From an uncultured Gemmatimonadota bacterium (lineage in GTDB: Bacteria; JAAXHH01), in the NCBI GenBank assembly GCA_951812955.1, contig OX638340.1, forward strand, positions 3,360,001 through 3,424,000: a DNA stretch of 64,000 nt, read 5' to 3'. Shown here in pieces: positions 8,832 to 18,053 of this stretch (position 1 is its first letter; every line of letters begins with the position of its first letter). Below the pieces are notes generated by a model. It saw only the letters and a program-made list of their open reading frames with translations. It was not told where the DNA came from and did not search any database. A program made the translations under genes and the position numbers.

Positions 8832-11800
8832 ATGTTTCGGCGGAATGCCATCGCTGCAATTTTGGTATCGTTGTTTTTACCAGTCCTCGCAGAAGCACAA
8901 TCCAACCCGGTCGTTTCAGTCACAGACTCGGACATCGTGGGTAACGTGACCTTCACGTCGAACAACACGTACCTGCTCTCGGGCCTGGTGTTCGTGGAGG
9001 ATGGCGAGACGCTTACGATCGAACCCGGCACGGTGATCAAGGCGCGTCCGGCGGACGCCGACGGTGTGGTCTCGGCATTGATTGTAGCGCGCGGCGGGAA
9101 GATCTTTGCTGACGGTACGGCGATGGATCCCATCATCTTCACGGCCGAGGCCGACAATGTGGACGATCCGGACGACATCCTGCTCACCTCGGAAGCGGCC
9201 TCGCGGGGGTTGTGGGGCGGCGTGATCATCCTGGGCAGGGCATCGATCAACGCGGCCACGGGCATGAACAACATAGAAGGCATAGACACGACTGAGCCGC
9301 GGGGCATCTACGGCGGCGGCTCGTTCCCCGACGATAACGACAACTCGGGCGTGTTTCGCTACGTGTCGATCCGCCACGGCGGCGCGCGGATCGGAGCGGA
9401 CAACGAGATCAATGGGCTGACGATGGGCGGCGTGGGGCGTGGCACGACGATAGAGCACGTGGAGGTGTTCTACAACCAGGACGACGGGTTCGAGTGGTTC
9501 GGGGGCACGGTGAATACGCGTTACCTGGTGGCGGCCTTTGCCGGCGACGACAGCTTCGACTACGACGAGGGCTTCCGCGGTGAGCACCAGTTCTGGTTCT
9601 CTATCCAGGATCCGGCCGTAGGCGACCACGCCGGCGAGCACGACGGCGGCACCAAGCCGGAGGATGGCAGGCCGTACGCCAGTCCCACGATCCTGAACGC
9701 CACGTACATTGGGCGGGGCGCTTCCTCGATGGGGGGCAAGGCGAATAACGCCCTGATCTTCCGCGACAACGCGGGGGGCATGTATTTCAACAGCATCTTC
9801 ACCGAGTTCCAGGGCCGGATGCTGTCGATCGAGGACCTCGAGGGCAATGCGGGCACGGACAGCCGCGCGCGTCTTGAGGCCGGCGACCTTGCGTTCCAAA
9901 ACAACATCCTGGGTGCCTTCGGCGCGGGCAACACGCCATCGCAACTCGCCGCCGAGTCCGAGGATCACACGGCCATGGTGCTTTCAGATCCCGGGAACAT
10001 GATCCGAATCGTAGATCCACAATTGCAGGGCATCAACTGGAACCGCAACCGGGGGCTGGACCCACGACCCGGTACCAACAGTCCTGCCTGGGATGCGAGC
10101 CAGCTCAAGGAAGAACCCCGGAACACCGGGTTCTTTACGGACGTCGATTACGCAGGGGCATTCGGTACGGAAAACTGGGCGGCGGACTGGTCGGCCCTCG
10201 CGGACCTGGGCTATTTCAGCACCGCACCTCCACCCGAGCCGCCGGAGCCCGGGGTTGTTACTGTCACAGACTCGGACATCGTGGGTAACGTGACCTTCAC
10301 GTCGAACAACACGTACCTGCTCTCGGGCCTGGTGTTCGTGGAGGATGGCGAGACGCTTACGATCGAACCCGGCACGGTGATCAAGGCGCGTCCGGCGGAC
10401 GCCGACGGCGTGGTCTCGGCATTGATTGTAGCGCGCGGCGGGAAGATCTTTGCCGACGGTACGGCGATGGATCCCATCATCTTCACGGCCGAGGCCGACA
10501 ATGTGGACGATCCGGACGACATCCTGCTCACCTCGGAAGCGGCCTCGCGGGGGTTGTGGGGCGGCGTGATCATCCTGGGCAGGGCATCGATCAACGCGGC
10601 CACGGGCATGAACAACATAGAAGGCATAGACACGACTGAGCCGCGGGGCATCTACGGCGGCGGCTCGTTCCCCGACGATAACGACAACTCGGGCGTGTTT
10701 CGCTACGTGTCGATCCGCCACGGCGGCGCGCGGATCGGAGCGGACAACGAGATCAATGGGCTGACGATGGGCGGCGTGGGGCGTGGCACGACGATAGAGC
10801 ACGTGGAGGTGTTCTACAACCAGGACGACGGGTTCGAGTGGTTCGGGGGCACGGTGAATACGCGTTACCTGGTGGCGGCCTTTGCCGGCGACGACAGCTT
10901 CGACTACGACGAGGGCTTCCGCGGTGAGCACCAGTTCTGGTTCTCTATCCAGGATCCGGCCGTAGGCGACCACGCCGGCGAGCACGACGGCGGCACCAAG
11001 CCGGAGGATGGCAGGCCGTACGCCAGTCCCACGATCCTGAACGCCACGTACATTGGGCGGGGCGCTTCCTCGATGGGGGGCAAGGCGAATAACGCCCTGA
11101 TCTTCCGCGACAACGCGGGGGGCATGTATTTCAACAGCATCTTCACCGAGTTCCAGGGCCGGATGCTGTCGATCGAGGACCTCGAGGGCAATGCGGGCAC
11201 GGACAGCCGCGCGCGTCTTGAGGCCGGCGACCTTGCGTTCCAAAACAACATCCTGGGTGCCTTCGGCGCGGGCAACACGCCATCGCAACTCGCCGCCGAG
11301 TCCGAGGATCACACGGCCATGGTGCTTTCAGATCCCGGGAACATGATCCGAATCGTAGATCCACAATTGCAGGGCATCAACTGGAACCGCAACCGGGGGC
11401 TGGACCCACGACCCGGTACCAACAGTCCTGCCTGGGATGCGAGCCAGCTCAAGGAAGAACCCCGGAACACCGGGTTCTTTACGGACGTCGATTACGCAGG
11501 GGCATTCGGTACGGAAAACTGGGCGGCGGACTGGTCGGCCCTCGCGGACCTGGGCTATTTCAGCACCGCACCTCCACCCGAGCCGCCGGAGCCCGGGGAA
11601 CCGGAAGAAGAAGCGCCGGACGCGTTCAGCCTGTCGCAGAACAGTCCGAACCCCTTCGGCATGACCACGAATATAGAGTACGCAGTATCTTCGACGAGCC
11701 ACATACTGATCGAGGTGTACAACATTCGGGGCCAGCGGGTAGCCATGGTCGTTAACGATATCAGGCTTCCGGGGCAGTACTCGGAGATATGGGACGCTCA

Positions 11801-11897
11801 GCACCTTTCAAGCGGCGTATATTTCTACCGCTTCGAGGCTACGGCGGATGGGCGGACCGCCCACGTTTTTAACAGGAAGATGACGCTTCTGAAGTGA
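8832..11897 (+). CDS. T9SS-secreted protein (1021 aa): signal peptide, two near-identical 448-aa modules of unknown function, and a Por-secretion C-terminal sorting domain
   Basis: Strong SD AAGGAGG before the ATG at 8832. Signal peptide MFRRNAIAAILVSLFLPVLAEA. C-terminus LSQNSPNPF...HILIEVYNIRGQRV...SGVYFYRFEA matches the TIGR04183-type T9SS CTD. The internal modules carry no recognisable catalytic motif. Confidence 0.75.
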   Translation: MFRRNAIAAILVSLFLPVLAEAQSNPVVSVTDSDIVGNVTFTSNNTYLLSGLVFVEDGETLTIEPGTVIKARPADADGVVSALIVARGGKIFADGTAMDPIIFTAEADNVDDPDDILLTSEAASRGLWGGVIILGRASINAATGMNNIEGIDTTEPRGIYGGGSFPDDNDNSGVFRYVSIRHGGARIGADNEINGLTMGGVGRGTTIEHVEVFYNQDDGFEWFGGTVNTRYLVAAFAGDDSFDYDEGFRGEHQFWFSIQDPAVGDHAGEHDGGTKPEDGRPYASPTILNATYIGRGASSMGGKANNALIFRDNAGGMYFNSIFTEFQGRMLSIEDLEGNAGTDSRARLEAGDLAFQNNILGAFGAGNTPSQLAAESEDHTAMVLSDPGNMIRIVDPQLQGINWNRNRGLDPRPGTNSPAWDASQLKEEPRNTGFFTDVDYAGAFGTENWAADWSALADLGYFSTAPPPEPPEPGVVTVTDSDIVGNVTFTSNNTYLLSGLVFVEDGETLTIEPGTVIKARPADADGVVSALIVARGGKIFADGTAMDPIIFTAEADNVDDPDDILLTSEAASRGLWGGVIILGRASINAATGMNNIEGIDTTEPRGIYGGGSFPDDNDNSGVFRYVSIRHGGARIGADNEINGLTMGGVGRGTTIEHVEVFYNQDDGFEWFGGTVNTRYLVAAFAGDDSFDYDEGFRGEHQFWFSIQDPAVGDHAGEHDGGTKPEDGRPYASPTILNATYIGRGASSMGGKANNALIFRDNAGGMYFNSIFTEFQGRMLSIEDLEGNAGTDSRARLEAGDLAFQNNILGAFGAGNTPSQLAAESEDHTAMVLSDPGNMIRIVDPQLQGINWNRNRGLDPRPGTNSPAWDASQLKEEPRNTGFFTDVDYAGAFGTENWAADWSALADLGYFSTAPPPEPPEPGEPEEEAPDAFSLSQNSPNPFGMTTNIEYAVSSTSHILIEVYNIRGQRVAMVVNDIRLPGQYSEIWDAQHLSSGVYFYRFEATADGRTAHVFNRKMTLLK
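8919..11606 (+). repeat. Direct tandem duplication, 2 x 1344 bp (copy A 8919-10262, copy B 10263-11606), >99.8% identical over 1336 bp
   Basis: Identical antisense ORFs appear at a 1344-nt offset in the ORF track (8916-9968 vs 9984-11312; 9560-9934 vs 10904-11278). Aligning the plus-strand text by eye finds two mismatches, both synonymous: GGT/GGC near 9075/10419 and GCT/GCC near 9109/10453; the alignment was not checked base by base. Confidence 0.9.
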
Positions 11898-12099
11898 TCC
11901 TGAAGCCGGCATAGTGGGCCGCAACCGGTATACTTCACCGATGCGGACCGTTCAGAGAGTCGATTGGGGCCTCGCGTATGTACTTATGCGGGGCCCTGTT
12001 GTTTTATACGGCGTTCCGCCGGGGTTGACGCGGTACGGGGCCACATCTATTTTTAACACGTTGCCCCCATTGTATCAATCCACTATCCAGGACTATCGG

Positions 12100-13230
12100 A
12101 TGACTGATCGCGCCCGGGGACGCCGGATTGACCGGCGCCGTCTGCTGGACTTACTGTTCGGTCGCCTGGCCGCACTGGGCGGTATTGCGCTGATACTGAC
12201 CATACTGGCGGTCTTTGCCGTGATACTGTGGGTCATTTACCCCTTGTTCCTGTCGCCCGCGGAATACCGCTGGGATACCCCCGGTCCCGATGGAATCGAG
12301 TCCGGATACGGCATCCTGCCCCTGATCTTCGGGACCCTGAAAGGCGCGGTGTACACCCTGCTTTTTGCGGTGCCCGTTTCGGTGCTCGCCGCGCTCTACG
12401 CGTCGCAGTTTCTGCCACGGTCGCTGAAGGAAAACCTGAAACCGCTGGTGGAAATCATGGCCGCGGTGCCGAGCGTCGTGCTCGGATTTATCGGCGGCAT
12501 ATGGCTCGCACCGTTCCTGGCGTCCCACGTTTTCGCACTCTTCCTCGCGCCGGTATTTATCGCAGGCACCGTTTTGACCGCTTTTCTGGTCAGACACCAT
12601 GCCCCGGTCCGGTTTCTGGTATTTAATCATCCGGGCAGGGAATTCTGGCTGCTCCTGGCCGCCGTGTTGGCCGGGGGATGGCTGGCCCTGGAATGCGGGG
12701 CGTTGCTTGAGGCCGCCTATCTGCATGCGGGCTACGAAACGTGGCTTGAAGAATCCCTGGGACTGACCTACGAGGAACGAAACGCGATTGTCGTGGGTAT
12801 GGTCATGGGGCTGGCGGTGACCCCGATCATATTCACCATATCCGAGGAAGCGCTTTCCGCTGTGCCCCGTTCGTTTTCTGAAGGATCCATGTCGCTGGGG
12901 GCCTCACGCTGGCAGACCGCCATACGCATCGTCCTTCCCGCCGCGGGCGCCGGGATCCTGTCCGCCGTCCTGCTGGGATTCAGCAGGGCGATCGGGGAGA
13001 CCATGATCGTGCTGTTTGTTTCGGGCAATGTCCCGGCCATGGACTGGTCCGCTTTCTCCGGGTTCAGGGCGCTGTCCGCCAACGTAGCGCTCGAATTGCC
13101 GAACGCTGCGCGGGACGACAGCCTCTACCGGGTCCTGTTTTTCGCCGCCTTTCTCCTCCTCGTTTCGACTTTTGCGATTAACATCGTGGCCGAACTGGTT
13201 CGACGACGACTGAGACGGCGGTATGCCTAA
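12100..13230 (+). CDS. pstC: Phosphate ABC transporter permease PstC (the ORF-track GTG at 11914 is an alternative start)
   Basis: Collinear with E. coli PstC: GILPLIFGTLKGAVYTLLFAVPVSVLAALYASQF...PLVEIMAAVPSVVLGFIGGIW, plus the EAA loop ...ASRWQTAIRIVLPAAGAGI. Confidence 0.85.
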   Translation: MTDRARGRRIDRRRLLDLLFGRLAALGGIALILTILAVFAVILWVIYPLFLSPAEYRWDTPGPDGIESGYGILPLIFGTLKGAVYTLLFAVPVSVLAALYASQFLPRSLKENLKPLVEIMAAVPSVVLGFIGGIWLAPFLASHVFALFLAPVFIAGTVLTAFLVRHHAPVRFLVFNHPGREFWLLLAAVLAGGWLALECGALLEAAYLHAGYETWLEESLGLTYEERNAIVVGMVMGLAVTPIIFTISEEALSAVPRSFSEGSMSLGASRWQTAIRIVLPAAGAGILSAVLLGFSRAIGETMIVLFVSGNVPAMDWSAFSGFRALSANVALELPNAARDDSLYRVLFFAAFLLLVSTFAINIVAELVRRRLRRRYA

Positions 13231-13265
13231 GCGCCGGGCGGTCCGCCCGCACGCAAGGAGATACG

Positions 13266-14693
13266 ATGGGTTCGAAGTGGTCAAAGGATGACGCCTTGAT
13301 CTGGTTGTCCGGGGGGGGTCTGGTCCTCGGCTGCCTGATGGTGGCGGGACTGTTCCTGGTGATCGTCGTACATGGACTGGACCGGTTCTGGCCCCAGGAC
13401 CTGACACGGTACACGCTGCACGACGGCGGGGTTGTCCTGGGCCACGAGGCGTCCCGTGAGGACGTACTTACAACCAACGCCAGGGGTGAGCGTTCTGTGG
13501 CATACCGTTTGAGGATCCGGACCGGTGACCGGGACCGGTATCCGGACGACTACGTCTGGCTGGAGGAAGGCCGCGTCACTTGGCGGGATGTCCCACGCGA
13601 GGCCGTGGTGGTGGAACAGGTTCGGGGCGGGGACTTATTCGGATTCCTGGATTCCTTCGTGGACGATGGCACGGTCGTCGCCCTGGGTTACGATGACGTC
13701 TGGGCACTTTACCAGGAGGGGTACCCGGAACTGGAACGGCTGCGCCGGCAGAGGTCGCTTTCTATCGTCCTGTCTTCGGCGGATGGCCGGCCGAGCACCA
13801 TTTCACTTGCTGACGTCCAGCGGATCTATACGCCAAATGCGATGACGGCGTGGACAAGGATCCGCCACTATATGGCCAGTGCGTGGTCCTACCTGTGGGC
13901 GCCCCCGCGGGACGAAAACCGCCAGGGCGGGGTCTTTCCTGCTGTCTTCGGCACGGCGGCGATGGTCATCCTCATGTCGGTCGTTGTCATGCCCTTCGGC
14001 GTGCTCGCGGCCTTCTACCTGAGAGAATACGGAAAACCGGGTCCGTTCCTGAACGCGGTACGTATCGCCGTAAACAGCCTGGCCGGAGTGCCGTCCATCG
14101 TCTTCGGGGTTTTCGGGCTCGGTTTCTTCGTGTATTTTGTGGGAGGCATCCTGGACCGTCAGTTCTTCCCGGAGGCACTTCCGGGACCGACATTCGGCCG
14201 GGGCGGCATCCTCTGGTGCTCACTGACCCTGGCCTTGCTCACATTGCCCGTGGTCATCGTGGCCGTGGAGGAAGGCCTGGCCGCCGTGCCATCGGGACTC
14301 CGCGAAGCGTCCCATGCCCTGGGTGCGACGCGGTTCGAGACGCTTTGGCGCGTCGTCGTACCCGTGGTGCTGCCATCCATTCTCACGGGTCTGATCCTGT
14401 CCGTGGCGCGGGCGGCCGGTACCGTGGCGCCGCTCATGATCGCCGGGGTCGTCGCCTTTTCTGCCGATTTGCCCGTGGACGGCGAATGGCCGTTCGTGCA
14501 CCTGGATCGCGAGTTCATGCACCTGGGATTTCATATCTTCGACACCGGTTTCAGGCCCGGCGAAGGAGATGCGGCGCTATCCATGGCCTACACTTCCACC
14601 CTGTTGCTGCTGGCCATCGTGGTCGCACTGAACGCGGCGGCGATCGGGCTCAGAAGCCGGTTGAGGAGACACTATTCGCTGGCCGCGCCATAG
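13266..14693 (+). CDS. pstA: Phosphate ABC transporter permease PstA (long form with a large periplasmic insert)
   Basis: C-terminal half matches PstA ([14 protein letters not shown]...[40 protein letters not shown]). Six TM segments. Follows pstC. Confidence 0.85.
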   Translation: MGSKWSKDDALIWLSGGGLVLGCLMVAGLFLVIVVHGLDRFWPQDLTRYTLHDGGVVLGHEASREDVLTTNARGERSVAYRLRIRTGDRDRYPDDYVWLEEGRVTWRDVPREAVVVEQVRGGDLFGFLDSFVDDGTVVALGYDDVWALYQEGYPELERLRRQRSLSIVLSSADGRPSTISLADVQRIYTPNAMTAWTRIRHYMASAWSYLWAPPRDENRQGGVFPAVFGTAAMVILMSVVVMPFGVLAAFYLREYGKPGPFLNAVRIAVNSLAGVPSIVFGVFGLGFFVYFVGGILDRQFFPEALPGPTFGRGGILWCSLTLALLTLPVVIVAVEEGLAAVPSGLREASHALGATRFETLWRVVVPVVLPSILTGLILSVARAAGTVAPLMIAGVVAFSADLPVDGEWPFVHLDREFMHLGFHIFDTGFRPGEGDAALSMAYTSTLLLLAIVVALNAAAIGLRSRLRRHYSLAAP

Positions 14694-14766
14694 GCGTACC
14701 CGGTCCGCGTACGATCCCGATCCGCGGCATACGAGATCCCGGTCCGCTTACAAGAGGTATAATCGC

Positions 14767-15564
14767 ATGACGATGGAAAATGCGCCGTTCACGCCGAAGA
14801 TCATGCGCGAAGAAACAATCATCGATGTCGAGAACGTGTCCTTCTGGTACGGGGACAGGGCCGCGCTGAGGAACGTTTCCATGGCGATCGATCGCCATGT
14901 CATCACGGCCTTCATCGGACCGTCAGGCTGCGGCAAGACGACATTGCTGCGGCTGTTCAACCGCATGAACGACCTGGTTCCCCAGACCCGCATGACGGGA
15001 TCGATCCGGATGAACGGAGCAGACATCTACGGCCCGGATACCGACGTCACGCGTCTGCGCCGGCGCGTGGGCATGGTCTTCCAGCAACCGAATCCCTTTC
15101 CCAAGTCGATCTATGAGAACGTAGCCTATGGCCCCCGAATCCATGGGGTGAAGTCCGGGGAATTTCTCGACGAGATCGTGGAACGGTGCCTGCGAAGGAC
15201 GGTGCTGTGGGACGAGGTTCAGGATCGGCTCGAAGAAAGCGCGCTCAAACTCTCCGCCGGACAACAGCAACGGCTTTGTATCGCGCGGGCGGTCGCCGTC
15301 GAACCGGAAGTCCTGCTCATGGACGAGCCGTGCTCGTCACTGGACCCGGTCGCCACGTCCAGGATCGAGGAATTAATGCTTGATCTGAAGGATGATTACA
15401 CCATTGTTATCGTGACACACAATATGCAGCAGGCAGCGCGTGTGTCGGAATACACCGGGTTCATGCTCAAGGGCGAACTGGTGGAAATGGGTGTGACCGA
15501 CGTGATGTTCACCACGCCGGGGGACCGGCGCACGGAGGATTACATTACGGGTCGTGCGGGATAG
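14767..15564 (+). CDS. pstB: Phosphate ABC transporter ATP-binding protein PstB
   Basis: Walker [10 protein letters not shown], signature [15 protein letters not shown], Walker [12 protein letters not shown], and a PstB-type C-terminus. Confidence 0.92.
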   Translation: MTMENAPFTPKIMREETIIDVENVSFWYGDRAALRNVSMAIDRHVITAFIGPSGCGKTTLLRLFNRMNDLVPQTRMTGSIRMNGADIYGPDTDVTRLRRRVGMVFQQPNPFPKSIYENVAYGPRIHGVKSGEFLDEIVERCLRRTVLWDEVQDRLEESALKLSAGQQQRLCIARAVAVEPEVLLMDEPCSSLDPVATSRIEELMLDLKDDYTIVIVTHNMQQAARVSEYTGFMLKGELVEMGVTDVMFTTPGDRRTEDYITGRAG

Positions 15565-15595
15565 CGACCCGTGATACTGACCGAATAAGGCGACC

Positions 15596-16300
15596 ATGGA
15601 GACCCACCTTCAGCAACAACTGGAAGACCTGAAATCCGCCCTGCTGAGGATGGCGGCGCTGGTCGAGGAACAGATCGCGCGGTCGATTACCGCTATGATG
15701 GAGCGGGACGTGGAATTGTGCGACCAGGTCATCCGCGGAGATCAGCCCATTGACGCCATGGAACTGGAGATCGACGATCAGTGTATCAGGTTGCTTGCTC
15801 TCCAGCATCCCATCGCGCGGGACCTTCGCTTCGTTGCGGCCAGCATGAAGATTACGATCGACCTGGAACGGTTGGGCGACATCGCAGTCAACATCGCCAA
15901 GAAAACGAAACGGCTCGTGGGGATGCCCCTCCTGAAACCGATCGTCGACATTCCGCGCATGGCCGAAATGTCCCAGTCCATGGTGAAGGACAGCCTCAAC
16001 GCCTTCGTCCGCGGAGACGAGCAACTGGCCGTGGACGTCTGCGTAAGGGACGAAGCGGTAAATCAACTGCAGGACCAGGTCTTCCAGGATCTGGTGACTG
16101 CCATGGTGGAAGATTCGGCGACGGTGCCCCAGGCGCTCCAGTTGATCTTCATATCCCGCCACGTCGAACGGCTCGCAGATCACGCCACGAACATCGCCGA
16201 AGGGGTGGTGTATTTCTCAGAAGGCCGCGTGATCAAGCATCATGGGAATGACGATCCGAATCAGCCACCCAATCGTCCAGTATCCGGTGGGCCTGCGTGA
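15596..16300 (+). CDS. phoU: Phosphate signalling complex protein PhoU
   Basis: Two PhoU repeats (...RDLRFVAASMKITIDLERLGDIAVNIAKK... and ...ISRHVERLADHATNIAEGVVY). Directly downstream of pstB. Confidence 0.88.
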   Translation: METHLQQQLEDLKSALLRMAALVEEQIARSITAMMERDVELCDQVIRGDQPIDAMELEIDDQCIRLLALQHPIARDLRFVAASMKITIDLERLGDIAVNIAKKTKRLVGMPLLKPIVDIPRMAEMSQSMVKDSLNAFVRGDEQLAVDVCVRDEAVNQLQDQVFQDLVTAMVEDSATVPQALQLIFISRHVERLADHATNIAEGVVYFSEGRVIKHHGNDDPNQPPNRPVSGGPA

Positions 16301-17279
16301 CCGTATCCACCTGGACGAGGCTGGTCCGCAGGTGAGACGCGTTGGGAAAGCCCTTGAAGTAGGAAGCGAAGAACTTGCGCATTTCCATCACGCCGACCTT
16401 TTCCCCCTTGTACTCCACCATCATGCCCAGGTGATCCCGCGCGAGACGGACCCGCTCGGAGAATGTGGGGGTCACGTCGCCGGAGAAGATGTAGGGGTTG
16501 TCCCGCGCGGCCCGGGCGATCATCACGCCGGCGCATCCGGTCTCATCCACCATGCGCACCGCGTCCTGGTAGGTGAACACGTCGCCGTTCCCGAAGATCG
16601 GCACAGGGGAGACTTCCGCGGCGCGCGCGATCCATGACCAGTCCGCGGTCCCGTTGAACTTCTGGGCTACGGTCCGGGCGTGCACCGCCACGGCGTGGGC
16701 GCCGGAATCCGCGGCGCGTTTAACCACCTCCAGAATGCTGATGTTGTCGTGGTCCCAGCCCAGCCGCGTCTTGATGATCACCGGGATCGAGACCGCGTCG
16801 GCCACGCTGCGCACCGCGTTCATCATCCGGTCGATGTCCTTGAGGAAGGCGGCGCCGGAGTCTGATCGCAGGATCTTGGGCACGGAGCATCCGAAGTTGA
16901 TGTCCATGATCTGCGCGCCTTTATCCTCCAACACCCGGGCCCCTTCCACCATGCGGCCGATGTCGTTCCCGTAGATCTGCGCCGCGAGCAGCGACATCCC
17001 GGTATCGCGGTAGATGTCGGCGTCGCAGAAGTTCATCATCTGAAGCGTCTTCGGGTTCTCGTGGAGAATGGCGTTGCAGTTGATGAATTCCACGCCGACC
17101 ATCTGTGCACCCATTTTCGCGCAGATCAGCCGGAACGGCCAATTGCTGATGCCCGCCATGGGCGCCAGCGTGAGGACCGGCATGCCCGGTCTGAGCGACT
17201 TTATGCGATGAGGGCCTATGGTTATTTCGTGAGCCATGGTTTCGTGTCGGTTTTGCGTGTTCGCCTTTGACGTTGACAA
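16233..17279 (-). CDS. dus: tRNA-dihydrouridine synthase (Dus family; an alternative start ATG at 17237 is likely)
   Basis: LAPMAGISNWPFRLICAKMGAQMVGVEF...TIM-barrel FMN motifs, ...GNGDV. The 3' end overlaps the phoU 3' end by 68 nt (convergent). Confidence 0.8.
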   Translation of the reverse strand: MSTSKANTQNRHETMAHEITIGPHRIKSLRPGMPVLTLAPMAGISNWPFRLICAKMGAQMVGVEFINCNAILHENPKTLQMMNFCDADIYRDTGMSLLAAQIYGNDIGRMVEGARVLEDKGAQIMDINFGCSVPKILRSDSGAAFLKDIDRMMNAVRSVADAVSIPVIIKTRLGWDHDNISILEVVKRAADSGAHAVAVHARTVAQKFNGTADWSWIARAAEVSPVPIFGNGDVFTYQDAVRMVDETGCAGVMIARAARDNPYIFSGDVTPTFSERVRLARDHLGMMVEYKGEKVGVMEMRKFFASYFKGFPNASHLRTSLVQVDTVTQAHRILDDWVADSDRHSHDA

Positions 17280-17446
17280 CGACTAACCGTGCAGATAGAT
17301 TGCGTCACGACTGACTGTCCGCGTTGAAGTTAAGCCGAATTCCCGTTTAGTCGCAAGCTGTTTGTCCTCTACACGGGACTTATCGATCCCGTACCCGGCG
17401 TTCCGTATCTTCGCGGGACGCCGAGACATCATGGGAGCGTGTCATT

Positions 17447-17764
17447 ATGGCAGTTGCCTACGTACCGGATCGGAAGCGTTTTTCGGAAGAGAAGTTTCAG
17501 AAGGTAAATCTCTTCGATACCGAACGCATGTTCTGCGATATCTACTGTTTCGAGCCGGGACAGGAACAGAAGGCTCACAGCCACGCCGAAAACGACAAGA
17601 TCTACTACGTGCTGGAGGGCGCCGGTGATTTCACGGTCGGTGAGGATACTGTAAAGGGCGTTCCCGGTACGGCGGTACTGTGTCCCCCGGGCGTGGACCA
17701 CGGCGTGTGCAACACGGGTGGTGAACGTCTGGTCGTGCTGGTGTTTATGGCGCCCCATCCATGA
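17447..17764 (+). CDS. Cupin-2 domain protein (105 aa)
   Basis: Cupin motifs: G(X)5HxH-like AHSHAENDKIYYVLEGAG and PPGVDHGVCNTG. Confidence 0.6.
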   Translation: MAVAYVPDRKRFSEEKFQKVNLFDTERMFCDIYCFEPGQEQKAHSHAENDKIYYVLEGAGDFTVGEDTVKGVPGTAVLCPPGVDHGVCNTGGERLVVLVFMAPHP

Positions 17765-18053
17765 ACGGATCGGTTCGGCCGATTGCGGATGTATTCGACG
17801 TTCCGACCGGCGCCGGACACGATGCGTGCAGTATCCGAGCCGTCCTTTACGATCTCCGACCCGGACACGGCCCGTTCCCAACCCGCCGCCCCGGGAACGC
17901 GCTAAGGCATCGGTCCGCGTAAGCCGGCCGCTGGCCGTCATCTGGGTGTCCCTTCAGAATTTTCTATATCTAATCATTGACACGTGTATATTATAACTAT
18001 ATATTTAGCCTAGTCTAAAAATAGAGAGGTTATTGCACCGGTTATAAACACAA

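Noticed and set aside
8916-11312. Two identical minus-strand ORFs (MILGLGGELRW..., 350 and 442 aa) plus identical shorter pairs
   Set aside because: Antisense shadows of the duplicated coding gene. They are identical only because the DNA is duplicated. Useful as evidence for the repeat, not as genes.
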